A stretch of 64,000 nucleotides of DNA from Nitrososphaerota archaeon (GCA_011605725.1 JAAOZP010000003.1:26876-90875); one strand, 5' to 3'; shown: positions 9,145-19,602, counted from the stretch's first letter. Notes: generated by a model not told the origin, from the letters alone. Numbers and translations: made by a program.

Positions 9145-10425
9145 TTATTCTCTGCGCGTAATCAACCACTTCCATAGTGGAGTGAATTTAATTTTTTCAT
9201 TTTCAATTTCTAATTCATCATCATAACCCCAAGTTATTACGAGTAAATCTTTGCATCTGAGTTCTACACAAGCCTTAAGCAACGCCCTTATCTTGCGTCT
9301 CTCGATTTCATCTCTACCATTAGCATAAGTAACCTGGATGAGTTGTTTAATTTTTGGGCCCTCCTTCAAGACGAAATCCACCTCATTTTGTTGACGATCC
9401 TTCCAGTAAAAGATTTCAAGCAAAGGATTATCATTTATCTTCCTCATCTCTTCTATGAATACGGTGTTCTCCATCAGCCTTCCAAAATCCTCTGAAAACC
9501 GGACTACCTTTGAAATCCCCGTATCGCATATGTAAACCTTCCTTGGCCAAGATTCCCTCAGGGAGATTTTTTCCGAGTATTTTTTAACAAAGAAAACGGC
9601 CAGCGTATCCTGCAATTTTTCAACGTAATCGTAGACGGTGTTTTTACCCATTCTTATACCGTTCGACTTAAGCAGGTTTACAAGCCTATTTACGCTAAAC
9701 TCGTGCGAGAAACTTTGAAGTACTTGAGAAAAAACGAACTTTGCCACTTCAACGCTTTTAAGTTCATGTCTTTCTACAAAGTCTTTAAAGAAAATCATGT
9801 CCTGATACTCCTTCAAAATCTTCTCCTTATCCTCCTTCAACACGATTTCCGGAAAGCTGCCGAATTCAAGGAATTCTCTCAACAAGTTCCTTATTTTTGC
9901 TTTCTCCAGCCCGCTTAGGACTTCCTCCAACTCAACTCCTTTGGCTTTTAGAAATTCTCTGAACGAAAAGCCGAACAAAAGATAGGTTAAAGACCTCCCC
10001 CTCAGTTGAGTAGCCACTTCCCTGCTTAAGAGCTTGGAGGAGGAACCAGTAGCAAAAATTCTATAACCCCCTCTATTCAAGAGGGTTCTTACCATGGTTT
10101 CCCATTTCTCTACCCTTTGAACCTCGTCTAGAAAGATATCCGTTGGAACCCTGCCAGTTGTTTCGGTGAAGAGGTTTATCACATCCAGCACCTCATCAAA
10201 CTTAACGTCTATCAAAGCGGAGTCTTCAAAATCTAGGTAGAGACAGCTTTCCTTATTCCCCCTCATCAGCTGGTAGAAATAGAAGGTTTTACCAGCCCTC
10301 CGAGGCCCTACTATTGAAATAACTTTGTCTTTTACCGGCTTTACGGAGAGCTCTCTTTCCACTAGGGGTGGGAGATTTTTCGTGTACCAGTCTTCGATGT
10401 AGCTTCTCACCCTTGCTTCTTTCAT
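9145..10425 (-). CDS. AAA+ ATPase, COG1373 type (AAA_14 plus DUF4143 REase-like C-terminus)
   Basis: GPRRAGKT Walker A, FLDEVQ Walker B, TGSSS, KVYICDTG, EVDFVL...IQV. Confidence 0.92.
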   Translation of the reverse strand: MKEARVRSYIEDWYTKNLPPLVERELSVKPVKDKVISIVGPRRAGKTFYFYQLMRGNKESCLYLDFEDSALIDVKFDEVLDVINLFTETTGRVPTDIFLDEVQRVEKWETMVRTLLNRGGYRIFATGSSSKLLSREVATQLRGRSLTYLLFGFSFREFLKAKGVELEEVLSGLEKAKIRNLLREFLEFGSFPEIVLKEDKEKILKEYQDMIFFKDFVERHELKSVEVAKFVFSQVLQSFSHEFSVNRLVNLLKSNGIRMGKNTVYDYVEKLQDTLAVFFVKKYSEKISLRESWPRKVYICDTGISKVVRFSEDFGRLMENTVFIEEMRKINDNPLLEIFYWKDRQQNEVDFVLKEGPKIKQLIQVTYANGRDEIERRKIRALLKACVELRCKDLLVITWGYDDELEIENEKIKFTPLWKWLITRRE

Positions 10426-10703
10426 AATGTAATAGTTGTTGAGACAATTGCTTATAAAATTTTCTCAGTCATAGAGAAATACGATATTAGCATCTGAAAG
10501 CCCGCAATATGGTTAAAAGGCCACTCTTAAACCAGAAATCGAATTTTGAGGAAAAGATAGGCAGAATCAGGGTAGCGCGCGATTTTCTCTTAAATCCGAG
10601 AGACATGATGTGGCAAATCGACTTAACCGAAAAGTTCTTTTTGTTCACCTGAAACTACTTGAACAGCTTGGAGTGTCGTCGTTACTTGCTTTAGCGCGCT
10701 CTA

Positions 10704-10890
10704 CGGATTATCCCTCGGAATATTGCTTCAGCAGAAGACGCATCTCAGATTACAGCCAACGCAGTCAGCCGTCGCTGTACCCCCGTACCATCTGCCTCCC
10801 TCTGAACCTGTAGTACTTCCCCACACCCTCTTTCTCCACCATTCTTCTCGTCGCCTCAGCGAGAGCAACCTGGTCGTAACCCCTCTCCAC
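10704..10890 (-). pseudogene. 5' remnant of an archaeal radical SAM gene (COG5014-like), truncated at a palindrome
   Basis: YDQVALAEATRRMVEKEGVGKYYRFR/GGRWYGGTATADCVGCNLRCVFC* with frameshift and nonsense codon; ends at TAGCGCGCTCTA 10692-10703. Confidence 0.8.
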
Positions 10891-10996
10891 AGGTAAACCT
10901 TGAGAATGGGCGCCATATAAACACCATGCTTGCAAACCCCCTGCCGGCTTATGATGCTTATTGCAACATTCATTGTAGAAGAGTAGAAATGCTATT

Positions 10997-11416
10997 CTAA
11001 ACCTTAACGCCCCACGTGTTTCTAACCCTGTTCAGCAGCTTCTCCACAGCATCCTGGCTCCTCAGACTGTTCAAGCCTGCTCTGACGCTAACGTTAAGAT
11101 CCTTGACAGGGATTTTACCTGTCTCCCACTTATCCTCGCTTAACACGAACAGTGGCTTGAACAGTATCCTGTAGGGGTATATGGCTCTTCCAACAACAGC
11201 CTCGTCGCGCCAGAGAATACTCTCCTCCATAGCTTTACCCTCGACGGATGCGAGGCCAACAATGCCGCGGACAGGGCTCGTAACGTAGAGGAAAAGCAGG
11301 TCTCCGCTAGCAACTTTTTCCCAAGTTTTCTTAAGCCTCTTGTTAACGCCCCACTTCCCTTTCTCCAGAGAAGTCTTCAGGTTGAGCGAAGACCCGGTTG
11401 CAACCCAAACATTCAT
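10997..11416 (-). CDS. Stand-alone EVE-domain (PUA-like, modified-base binding) protein
   Basis: W...KWGV...GDLLFLYVTSPVRGIVGLA...W....YPYRI. Confidence 0.8.
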   Translation of the reverse strand: MNVWVATGSSLNLKTSLEKGKWGVNKRLKKTWEKVASGDLLFLYVTSPVRGIVGLASVEGKAMEESILWRDEAVVGRAIYPYRILFKPLFVLSEDKWETGKIPVKDLNVSVRAGLNSLRSQDAVEKLLNRVRNTWGVKV

Positions 11417-11609
11417 AAGCCTATTTACAATGCTTCCAAGATATAAAAAGCTTGAGTCTTAAGAAGCTTGTGTACACTATAAGTGCTGGCGCTATTCGAA
11501 ACGGGTCCAGAATAATGGAGAAATGATTCTTGGCATCTCGCTGGCTGAAGGGTCGTTCGGAATACTGCTAGAAATGATCATCTTCACTACAAAACCAGAA
11601 AAACATGCT

Positions 11610-12517
11610 TCAAACATTGTTTGCTATTTCCCTTAGCTTTTCTCCAACAACTTTGAGGAAATCTTCAAAATCCCTTTGAGGAAGCTCTATTAATAGCCTT
11701 CTTTCGAAAGGGTCTTCAAGAAATCCCTCTACTATTTCCAATCCTTTTCTATTCCTCTCAAGGTTGCTTCTATACTTCCTGTAATAGAGCGATGCTCTTA
11801 CTTTCTCAAGAATTTCTTTAGCTAAGTCCTCTATTTTGTAACCGTGTTTTGAGAGCATGAATAAATCATAGAAGTCTCTGAGTTTTTGAGCTCTCCTCGT
11901 CAGTATAGCTCTTACTTTTTCACACAGGATTTCTCTTTCGTCGTAAGCCATTATTTGAAGAGGCTTATAGAAGTCTATGAATTCTTCGAAATATGCTTTT
12001 TCATCTGTTGATAATTTAGCCCCGTCCAACAAGGTTTTCACAGTGATTTTCTTTATCGGGAAAAGCAATTTCTCTATGAAGTTTACTTGAATCTTTATCA
12101 GCTCCGAGTTCTTCCAGAGCTTGAACGTCACCATTCTACCTCCACCACCAAACTCGATGAAATTCCTGTTTTTAAGCTCGGCTTCAAACCTAAGGCCTAA
12201 TTTCTCTGAAACTGTTTTCAAAAAAGAGGCGAAATCCTTTATCTCAGCTAAGAGCTTTCTCCTCAACTTTTTCTCCCCTAAACCGGCCCACATTTCCTGC
12301 TCTCTCCATGTAAAGTCTAGGTCAACGCTAAACCTGTAGTAGCCGAAGTAACATTTAGTTAAACAGCTACCTCCCTTGAAAAGGTATTTATTGAAGAGGG
12401 GTGAGGAGCAGAAATCTTTAAGCACTCTATGCAGTATTATGTCTGATTCTATTAAGCTCACATCCTTGATACCCGATTTTCAATTATGAATGAAACAAAC
12501 TCAGATAAGCCGGGCAT
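11610..12517 (-). CDS. AbiEii-family nucleotidyltransferase toxin (type IV TA); probable start 12517 with a slip near 12477-12480
   Basis: FKGGSCL, YRFSVDLDFT, EKVRAILTR, RDFYDL; upstream MPGLSEFVSFIIE/KSGIKDVSLIESD overlaps the antitoxin stop. Confidence 0.88.
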
Positions 12518-13130
12518 TCCTAATAACCCTTTCAACACTCTTTGGATACAGTTTAAGATACGCTTCGATTTTCCTTCTATCCAGGTTCCTTGCATATTCG
12601 CGTATTGTTGAAATTATTTTCTCCTCCGGTAAACCACGGTATCTGAAGACATAAGTAAAGTCTAGAAGAGTCTTCTCCGCGTCGGAGAACCTAATGCCGT
12701 CTCTATCTACCACCCCTAGGCTGAGAAGCCTGCTCTTAAGCTTAAGAAACTTCACCTTTTCACCGGCTATCTCTATTTCCTTAGGCCGATAGATCTCATT
12801 ATTCACCACGAAGATCGTCCTGAAAAACTCATGAGTAAGACCATTAAGCCTGAGCGCAGTGTAGAGCCCGAAGTACCAGTTAAGCCCAAGCCTGTTCAAC
12901 CCTAGAGAGATAACCCTATAAGGGTCTACGGATTTCTTGAGTTTAAACTCCTCGATAGTCTTCACATAATATAGGCCTCTCAGGATCCTGATGAAATACC
13001 CATAGGATATCATGAAATTAATCGTATTAACATGGTTCACCCGGAACCTTTTACAGTTTTTCTCCACCTCCTCTCTAGTAATAACGCTGCCTCCGAACCT
13101 CGATAAAAGGAACTTCGTTACAATTCTCAT
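12501..13130 (-). CDS. AbiEi-family antitoxin (type IV TA)
   Basis: wHTH RILRGLYY, YFGLYTAL, SDAEKTLLD; directly upstream of AbiEii. Confidence 0.8.
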   Translation of the reverse strand: MRIVTKFLLSRFGGSVITREEVEKNCKRFRVNHVNTINFMISYGYFIRILRGLYYVKTIEEFKLKKSVDPYRVISLGLNRLGLNWYFGLYTALRLNGLTHEFFRTIFVVNNEIYRPKEIEIAGEKVKFLKLKSRLLSLGVVDRDGIRFSDAEKTLLDFTYVFRYRGLPEEKIISTIREYARNLDRRKIEAYLKLYPKSVERVIRNARLI

Positions 13131-13340
13131 GATAGTTATTCATGTAACAACCTTTAAAAATCTTTCTGATTGTTACACAAGTCGTTAGGTCCGATGACAA
13201 AGGAAGTCTTCATCAAGCATCACAAGCTTCCCGATGCGCGCGTACGTCAGTTATATGGATTCCCCGATGAAAATTAAATATACGTATGTTATGCACCGCC
13301 CATGAAGCATAAGGCAATCGCGCGCTGTTCTCAAACCTCT

Positions 13341-13352
13341 TAGCTCGCGCTA
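13341..13352. repeat. Boundary palindrome TAGCTCGCGCTA (further copies near 13235 and 13318)
   Basis: One mismatch to consensus; intergenic. Confidence 0.8.
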
Positions 13353-13422
13353 AGGCACCAGGGAGAGCTGCCTTTAACCTGTCCAATAAGTTTATGAATA
13401 CTTTTACTACTTCCTTAAACAG

Positions 13423-14400
13423 ATGAATAAGACGCCAGAGTATTTTCTAGTCTCCGTGTCCACTCGAGAAAACCTTGAACTGTGCGAAAAGCATGCTTTA
13501 GCCGGTTTCACAAACAGCGTCAACGGGCTCTGGACGTTCTTAGACATTGACGAGGGGGATTTCATATCTTTCCTTTACGGCGCAAGAGTGTATAACCTTT
13601 ACAGGGTCTTAAGGAAAGAGGCTTTCAAGAATGCGGACAGGCTTCCCCCGTGGCCTCCTGTCACGTTCAAGATGTCGGGCAAAACCTATTACTTTCCCTT
13701 CAGGCTGCATCTTGAGCAGGAGAGGGTTTTAAACGAGCCTATGGTGAGGCCTGAATTCGCATATGTTGCTGAAAACCTGCTTTTAAGAGGAGGATATAGG
13801 AAGACGCATTTCCAGGCGGATACAGTAACCCTGTATAATGTTTCCAACATGGGTTCTCGTTTCGAAGGTGAAAACGAGCAGCTTCATCTAGGAAAGGAGG
13901 TTTTTCAGCCCAAGATCGTTTTTAGAAAAGGGAAGGAGGATTCAGAAAGGTTTCGCTTCCATGAACTTGTTTTACAGAGCTTGGTTAGAAAGAAGATTAG
14001 AGACGGGGCGCTGAGCATGATTCTGGAACACTTTGAAGTAAGCCACCCGCCCGGTGAGTTCGAGGTTCTGGGGGAAAAGGCGCTGCCAGAGGGGTTCGTA
14101 GATATTTTCATTAAAATGAAGCATCCGGAGGGAGGCAATTTATACCTTGTGATTGAAGTTAAAACAGGTGGAGCAAGCCCTCAGGAAGTGGCTCAACTCG
14201 AGTCATACATAAATGAGCTTGGAAGCGAATGTAAAGGGGGAGTCCTAGTGGCGAAAAGCTTTTCCAAGAGGACAATGGCTGATTGTAAATCTAAGAGGAT
14301 TCTGCCGGTTAAATACTATTTTAAAAACTTGGATGAGGAAAAAGAGTATGCTTATGAGGAATTATTGGGTGCCTTACGGTTGGAACCGATGAACCTCTAA
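13423..14400 (+). CDS. EVE-like domain fused to PD-(D/E)XK (NucS-like) nuclease; candidate modification-dependent restriction enzyme
   Basis: N-terminal GDFISFLYG...YPFR-like (YFPFR) motif; C-terminal FVDIFIK...VIEVKTG...QLESY. Confidence 0.65.
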   Translation: MNKTPEYFLVSVSTRENLELCEKHALAGFTNSVNGLWTFLDIDEGDFISFLYGARVYNLYRVLRKEAFKNADRLPPWPPVTFKMSGKTYYFPFRLHLEQERVLNEPMVRPEFAYVAENLLLRGGYRKTHFQADTVTLYNVSNMGSRFEGENEQLHLGKEVFQPKIVFRKGKEDSERFRFHELVLQSLVRKKIRDGALSMILEHFEVSHPPGEFEVLGEKALPEGFVDIFIKMKHPEGGNLYLVIEVKTGGASPQEVAQLESYINELGSECKGGVLVAKSFSKRTMADCKSKRILPVKYYFKNLDEEKEYAYEELLGALRLEPMNL

Positions 14401-14456
14401 GTTCCAAAAACGTTTTAAACATCAATCGTATAGGGGATCTTTAGGGGTGAAGGAAG

Positions 14457-14699
14457 ATGCCTGAAGTAGAATCCAGCATCATTTCCAAAATCATAAAATG
14501 CAAAGGGTATCATAAGCATGTACCGGAATACGGAGAAAGAGCTTGGATTGCTGAAGGGGAAACGGTGAATGTCATTTACTGGGATGCGGGAAACACTTGG
14601 TGCGACATAATGGACGTGGTTCCTAAAAAAGGAAGGGGACAGAAAGAGGTCGTAGAATTTTATAGAAAGCTCAGGAAGGCAGTAAGGAAATATTACTGA
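14457..14699 (+). CDS. Hypothetical protein (80 aa)
   Basis: RBS-like GGGGTGAAGGAAG before ATG; no recognised motif. Confidence 0.45.
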   Translation: MPEVESSIISKIIKCKGYHKHVPEYGERAWIAEGETVNVIYWDAGNTWCDIMDVVPKKGRGQKEVVEFYRKLRKAVRKYY

Positions 14700-14726
14700 A
14701 CGTTGATTTCGAACTCCTGTCTTTAT

Positions 14727-14804
14727 TAGCACGCGCTGTAGGCGCGCGCGGCTCTTCAGGGTCTTTCTATCGGTGAGGATGCTGATTTAACCTAGCGTGC
14801 GCTC
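14727..14804. repeat. Cluster of three boundary palindromes
   Basis: TAGCACGCGCTG 14727, TAGGCGCGCGCGGC 14739, TAGCGTGCGCTC 14793. Confidence 0.85.
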
Positions 14805-14825
14805 GAGAAAAGAAGTTGGATTGGT

Positions 14826-14838
14826 AAAACTTTAAATA
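14826..14838 (+). promoter_or_regulatory. Archaeal BRE/TATA promoter of the AbrB-PIN operon
   Basis: AAAACTTTAAATA ends 23 nt before GTG 14861 (leaderless geometry). Confidence 0.65.
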
Positions 14839-14860
14839 CTAGTAAAACTTTTCCAAAAAC

Positions 14861-15124
14861 GTGGAAGAAATAGAAGACGTTACAAAGGTTTCTTCAAAGG
14901 GTCAGGTCGTGATTCCGAAAGAGATAAGGGAGAGGCTTGGAATTCTTCCTGGAGAAAAAATCATAGTAATGACTAGGGATGATGAAATAGTTTTGAAGAA
15001 GGCGAGAAAGCTACGCTTAGAAGAGTTATCTGAAAAAATAGTCGGCGTCGCTGAAAGAAACAAGATAGATGCGGAAAAGCTTATAGACGAGGCCATAAAA
15101 TGGGCAAGATCAAAGCGGTCTTAG
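14861..15124 (+). CDS. AbrB/MazE/SpoVT-family antitoxin
   Basis: KVSSKGQVVIPKEIRERLGILPG. Confidence 0.92.
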   Translation: MEEIEDVTKVSSKGQVVIPKEIRERLGILPGEKIIVMTRDDEIVLKKARKLRLEELSEKIVGVAERNKIDAEKLIDEAIKWARSKRS

Positions 15125-15531
15125 ACACGAACATTCTCGTATCGCTTCTGTTTAAAAAAGGTTTGGCAAAGGAATTCTCCAAGCTAATGGAGAAGGGGAG
15201 CGTTGAATTCTACTCTTCAGAAGAAATACTGGGAGAGTTGGCCAGAGTACTGACTTACCTGAAAATCGAACAGGTGTTTAAAAAGGCGGGGATAAATAAA
15301 ACAACAGCATTAGAATCCATAGTAGAAATATTAAAGATAGTGAATCCCAAAGTTAAGGTTGACGCCGTAAAAAGTGACCCGTTAGATAATAAGGTTTTAG
15401 AGTGTGCGCTCGAAGCAGGAGCAAACTACGTAGTTAGTGGGGACAGGCATTTGCTCGAGTTGAGAAGATTCAGAAAAATAGAAATATTGACAGCAAGAGA
15501 ATTTTTGGAAGAAACAAGTTCATCCTCATAG
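15100..15531 (+). CDS. PIN-domain toxin (PIN_3 type)
   Basis: VLDTNILVS, EILGEL, DPLDNKVLECA, VSGDRHLL. Confidence 0.92.
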   Translation: MGKIKAVLDTNILVSLLFKKGLAKEFSKLMEKGSVEFYSSEEILGELARVLTYLKIEQVFKKAGINKTTALESIVEILKIVNPKVKVDAVKSDPLDNKVLECALEAGANYVVSGDRHLLELRRFRKIEILTAREFLEETSSSS

Positions 15532-15544
15532 AGTCGTTTCAAGA

Positions 15545-16138
15545 TCACGTGTTTAAAGCTCGCGCGCTTGAAACCAGTTTCTCAAGTTTCTTGAAATCTT
15601 CCTCCATCTTCCTCCTGATGCTTGGGAACCTCATTCCCGCAGCCGGGTGGAAAGTTGGAAAACAGGTTACTTGCCCCTTCCTCATAAGCTTCCCATGGCT
15701 TTTCGATATGGAGACTTTTTCGTTGGGAAACAATGCTTTAAGGGCAACATTTCCAAGAACCACGATTAACCTTGGCTTGATGATTTCGATTTGCTCGAGG
15801 AAAAACGGTTTGCAGGCTTCAACCTCGTCTTTCACAGGCGGCCTGTTTTTAGGCGTGTGACACTTAACTACTCCAGTTATAAAGACTTCACTCCTTTCTA
15901 GGCCTATTTGGCTCAGAAGCTTTTCAAAAAATTTCCCAGACATTCCTACGAATGGTTTTCCTTGAGCATCCTCGTTTCTCCCAGGATTCTGCCCAAGAAA
16001 CATTATCTTCGCGTTAGAAGGGCCTTCTCCAGGAACAGCGTTAACCCTTATCCTCCAAAGCCTGCATCTTCTACACTCCTTTATTCTTTTTTCAAGCTTA
16101 AGCAGTTTCCTATGCTTCTCCATTCTTAATCTTCCCAA
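15545..16138 (-). CDS. udg: Uracil-DNA glycosylase family 4 ([4Fe-4S])
   Basis: CRRCRL, VPGEG, GQNPG, PFVG, VKC, HPAA; last codons (ARA) run through a GCGCGC motif. Confidence 0.93.
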   Translation of the reverse strand: MGRLRMEKHRKLLKLEKRIKECRRCRLWRIRVNAVPGEGPSNAKIMFLGQNPGRNEDAQGKPFVGMSGKFFEKLLSQIGLERSEVFITGVVKCHTPKNRPPVKDEVEACKPFFLEQIEIIKPRLIVVLGNVALKALFPNEKVSISKSHGKLMRKGQVTCFPTFHPAAGMRFPSIRRKMEEDFKKLEKLVSSARALNT

Positions 16139-16333
16139 TGTTTTTCAAGCCTCCTCCGCCTCTTATTACTTTCGCATTTTTCAAGCTGAGAAGGGCTTTC
16201 ACCAGCGCTGCTTCATACAAATCCTTTTTCAAATCGAAAGCGATTCATCCTCGCGCTTGCCCGTAAGCCCTGTTGGCAGGTAATCTTTTTAAATCATGCG
16301 CGTAACCAAGGGGTTTCAGCCTGATGAGTAAGC

Positions 16334-17593
16334 ATGGATGCGAGCAGCGTGCAGCAGACCGAGCTTAAGCCTTCCCTAGGTCTGTTTGACGCCACTGCCA
16401 TCAGCATTGGCGCGATTATTGGAGCAGGCATTTTCATCGTTACAGGTATTGCTGCGGGCTTAGCCGGTTCAGCCCTAGTGGTTTCAATGCTCATAGCAGC
16501 AGTAATCGCGTTGTTAACTGCTTTAAGCATAGCGGAGCTCACGGCCTGGCAACCCTTAGAGGGAAGCATCTATGAATATGCTTACCGATTAATCTCGCCG
16601 TTCGCGGGTTTTCTAGCAGGATGGATATGGGTTTTGTCAAACACTTTTGCGGGAGCAGCTGTCTCACTGGGCTTCGCGTATTACCTTGCGGCGCTAGCTC
16701 CAGTTCTGCCTACTAATCTTATTGCAGCAATAGTCTGCCTGGGTTTCACGACGCTGAACTTCATCGGGATCCGTCAGTCAGCTTTCACCAACAATATTCT
16801 CGTCGCTGCAAAACTGCTCATACTGGTGTTCTTCATCGTAACCGGTTTCTGCTTCATAAGGGTGGAGAACTTCTCGCGGTTTGAGCCTTTTAAAGCCGGG
16901 GTACTCTATGGAGCATTCTACATTTTCTTCGCCTACGGCGGCTTCGCCAGAGTAGCCGTTGTAGCGGAGGAGGTTAGAAACGCTAGGAAAAATGTTCCAA
17001 GAGCAATACTTCTATCCCTAGTAATATCCACGCTGGTTTACATTCTCGTTGGAACCGTAGCCGTCGGGCTTGCAGGAGCCTCAGGTCTTTCAAGCTCGAA
17101 ATCGCCGTTGACGGATGCAATAAGCGTGACAGGCAGCACGGCCGCGGTCTACATAGTTTCCGCCGGAGGGCTTGTCGCAACCGCGAGTGTCCTGCTCACA
17201 TCAATCCTAGGCGTGTCTCGCATGGTTTATGCGATGGCGAGGAGAAGAGACCTGCCTCAAGCCATGAGCAAGCTGCACGCTAGATTCGGCACACCATATT
17301 ACTCCATCTGGATAATTGGTGTTTTAATGACGGTTCTCGCTCTATTCATAGACCTCAGCAGGATTATCGCCATAAGCACTTTCGCACTGCTTTTCTACTA
17401 TGCTCTGGCAAACATGTCTGCGTTAAGATTGAGAATTGAGAAACGGCTTTACCCCAGTGTTATCCCAGTCCTAGGCTTAGCCACCTGCCTAATCCTAATG
17501 GTTTTTATCCCGCTTGAAGCATGGATAATGGGTTCTGCAGGGTTAGCAGCAGGCGTAGCCTTCCACTGGATGAAAAGACGCTTCTCGACATAG
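16334..17593 (+). CDS. APC-family amino acid permease
   Basis: IGAIIGAGIF, FFAYGGF, AEEVRNARKNVPRAI; multiple TM helices. Confidence 0.95.
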   Translation: MDASSVQQTELKPSLGLFDATAISIGAIIGAGIFIVTGIAAGLAGSALVVSMLIAAVIALLTALSIAELTAWQPLEGSIYEYAYRLISPFAGFLAGWIWVLSNTFAGAAVSLGFAYYLAALAPVLPTNLIAAIVCLGFTTLNFIGIRQSAFTNNILVAAKLLILVFFIVTGFCFIRVENFSRFEPFKAGVLYGAFYIFFAYGGFARVAVVAEEVRNARKNVPRAILLSLVISTLVYILVGTVAVGLAGASGLSSSKSPLTDAISVTGSTAAVYIVSAGGLVATASVLLTSILGVSRMVYAMARRRDLPQAMSKLHARFGTPYYSIWIIGVLMTVLALFIDLSRIIAISTFALLFYYALANMSALRLRIEKRLYPSVIPVLGLATCLILMVFIPLEAWIMGSAGLAAGVAFHWMKRRFST

Positions 17594-17700
17594 TTGGGGA
17601 ATGCAGTCTTTCGCCGACACTAGCCCGTATTCATCACTGCCACTATGCTTTCCCTCTCAGGTTTAAAGACCGATGAAGCTAACCCTACAATCATAGTGGG

Positions 17701-17770
17701 TAGGCGCGCTAAAGGTTGTTGTCAAGTGAAGAAGTGTTATCGAGGAAAAGCAGCGCGTTAGCGCGCGCGT
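17701..17770. repeat. Cluster of boundary palindromes including fused copies
   Basis: TAGGCGCGCTA 17701; CAGCGCGTTAGCGCGCGCGT 17751-17770. Confidence 0.85.
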
Positions 17771-17863
17771 TGAGACTGTAAAGCCTAGGGAGAAACTGTT
17801 AATAGTAATGAGTGAAATCATCGAGGTCATAACCTAGAAGATTCTTCAAGCGTGCGAGGTTAG
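17768..17863 (+). repeat. About 95-bp direct repeat, copy 1
   Basis: CGTTGAGACTGTAAAGCCTAGGGAGAAACTGTTAATAGTAATGAGTGAAATCATCGAGGTCATAACCTA...TTCTTCAAGCG(T/C)GCGAGGTTAG, near-identical to 19641-19734. Confidence 0.95.
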
Positions 17864-18052
17864 GGAGAACAGGGTTATCTGACCCTATGGGTTCGAGTTC
17901 GATGTTACCTGCTGCCTGCCGAAGGAAGCATGGGAGAGTGGAGGCTATGCGTGCTAGAGTTGAATAATCTGCTTCAAAGAGCGCGCTCTTTATGATTGAG
18001 AGCAAATCTCAGCATAGTCAATGAATATTTCCATCTTTAAAACATAGTTGGA

Positions 18053-19348
18053 TCATGATTCGAGTAGCCATTTCCACAAGGGTAGGAACCTAATCCTCCT
18101 GCCATCATGCTTCTCCACTCCTTCATAGTCCCAAGTGATCACGGTTAGGTCGCTACAGTCCAGCTCCTTAGAAGCCTTCACTAGCGCGCTTATTTCCCTC
18201 TCCTTCGTATCGAAATCCTCTATATTGTAGCATACTTGTATTAATTGCTTAATCTTTCCACCGCTCTTTATAATGAAGTCCACCTCCTTATTATTGGAGC
18301 TGAAATAGAACAAGTTTTCGTTTGGAGTGAAACCTTTCTTCAAGAGTTCTGAGAAAACCAGGTTCTCCATAAGCCTGCTCGTGCTTTCAACTCCATTGAC
18401 GATGAGCAGGCCATTATCCACCAAGTATATCTTTGGAATAGTCTGCTCCACTTCCTTATAGGACCTAGAATACTTCCTTAAAGTGCATAAAACTAACGAG
18501 TCTGAAAAATACTCAACATAGTTGTAAAGAGTGTTCTTACTAACCTTCATCCCCAAGGATTTAATATAGTTATAAAACTTATGGATTGAAAAATACGTGG
18601 ACGACACTAAACTCTTAACCATTAATCTAAGGACTCTTATGTTCTTAACCTTGAACCTCTCTATTATGTCCCTATAGATAGTAACCTCAAATATTTCCTT
18701 CAAGATCTTTTCCCTTTCATTTTCGAATAGTACTACTTCAGGATAGCTTCCCCTCATGTATTTCTGAAGGAGATTCAGAAGCATAGCTTTCTTTAAAGAG
18801 GAAAGATATTTTTCCGCTTCGAAGCCCTTTGCTCTCAAGAACTCTTTGAAGTTAAAAGGATAAATGTAGTAGGGAAGAGTCCTTCCCCTTAGACTTGTCG
18901 CGACCTCCATGGATAGAAGCTTGGAGGAAGACCCGCTGACATACACTTGAATTCTCTCGCTATCTACAACGCTGCGCACAAACCTTTCCCAATAAGGGAC
19001 GTTCTGAACCTCGTCTAGGAAAAGGTAAACCTTTTGCCTCTTATTTTCGGGGTAAATCTCGTAAAAAATATTGAGCATGCTCCTTAAATCCTCTATGGTG
19101 CAGCCGATTAGCAAGTCGCTTTCAAGGTTAACGTAAAGTATTCTGCTTTTATCAATATTGTTACGCAGTAATTCCCCTATAACCTGAAACATGAAGAACG
19201 TTTTACCTGCTCTCCTCGGCCCAATTATAGATATGGCTCTTCTTATCGGAAGATCAGCTTCAATCCTAAGGTCTCTTTTCACAAGTTTAGGTAACTCGGA
19301 TTCTTGGAAATCTTTTATCATTCTTATCCAGGTCTCTCGCGTTACCAT
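18053..19348 (-). CDS. AAA+ ATPase, COG1373 type (AAA_14 plus DUF4143), paralog of 9145..10425
   Basis: GPRRAGKT, FLDEVQ, SGSSSKLLS, KIYLVDNG, EVDFII...IQV. Confidence 0.92.
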   Translation of the reverse strand: MVTRETWIRMIKDFQESELPKLVKRDLRIEADLPIRRAISIIGPRRAGKTFFMFQVIGELLRNNIDKSRILYVNLESDLLIGCTIEDLRSMLNIFYEIYPENKRQKVYLFLDEVQNVPYWERFVRSVVDSERIQVYVSGSSSKLLSMEVATSLRGRTLPYYIYPFNFKEFLRAKGFEAEKYLSSLKKAMLLNLLQKYMRGSYPEVVLFENEREKILKEIFEVTIYRDIIERFKVKNIRVLRLMVKSLVSSTYFSIHKFYNYIKSLGMKVSKNTLYNYVEYFSDSLVLCTLRKYSRSYKEVEQTIPKIYLVDNGLLIVNGVESTSRLMENLVFSELLKKGFTPNENLFYFSSNNKEVDFIIKSGGKIKQLIQVCYNIEDFDTKEREISALVKASKELDCSDLTVITWDYEGVEKHDGRRIRFLPLWKWLLES

Positions 19349-19502
19349 CGTATCATGTATAGGGAAACTAATTTAAAAAGTTTCCCTCTTTAGAGAACCA
19401 TCCCATCTATCTCGACGAATCATTCACATATGCCGTCTGAGTGCTTTATTAAATTAAGTCCTCTGTTTTATGCGTCTTAAGAATCCGTAATTGTTGTACT
19501 TC

Positions 19503-19602
19503 TAGCGCGCTAGTATCCTTCTGGGAGAATTTCCTTCACCCTATCTATGTTCCAGCCGTCTCTTTTCATCAACACAAAATCACAACCCCTTGTAGCGCGC
19601 TA
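19503..19602. repeat. Two perfect TAGCGCGCTA palindromes bracketing an 80-bp insert
   Basis: 19503-19512 and 19593-19602. Confidence 0.92.

Noticed and set aside
17799-18005. 68-aa ORF
   Set aside because: Spans the direct repeat and motif copies; probably spurious
18182-18190. TAGCGCGCT inside the ATPase CDS (also GCGCGC near 39215 in the helicase)
   Set aside because: Lies in intact conserved coding sequence and is compatible with chance; noted as counter-examples to strict boundary localisation
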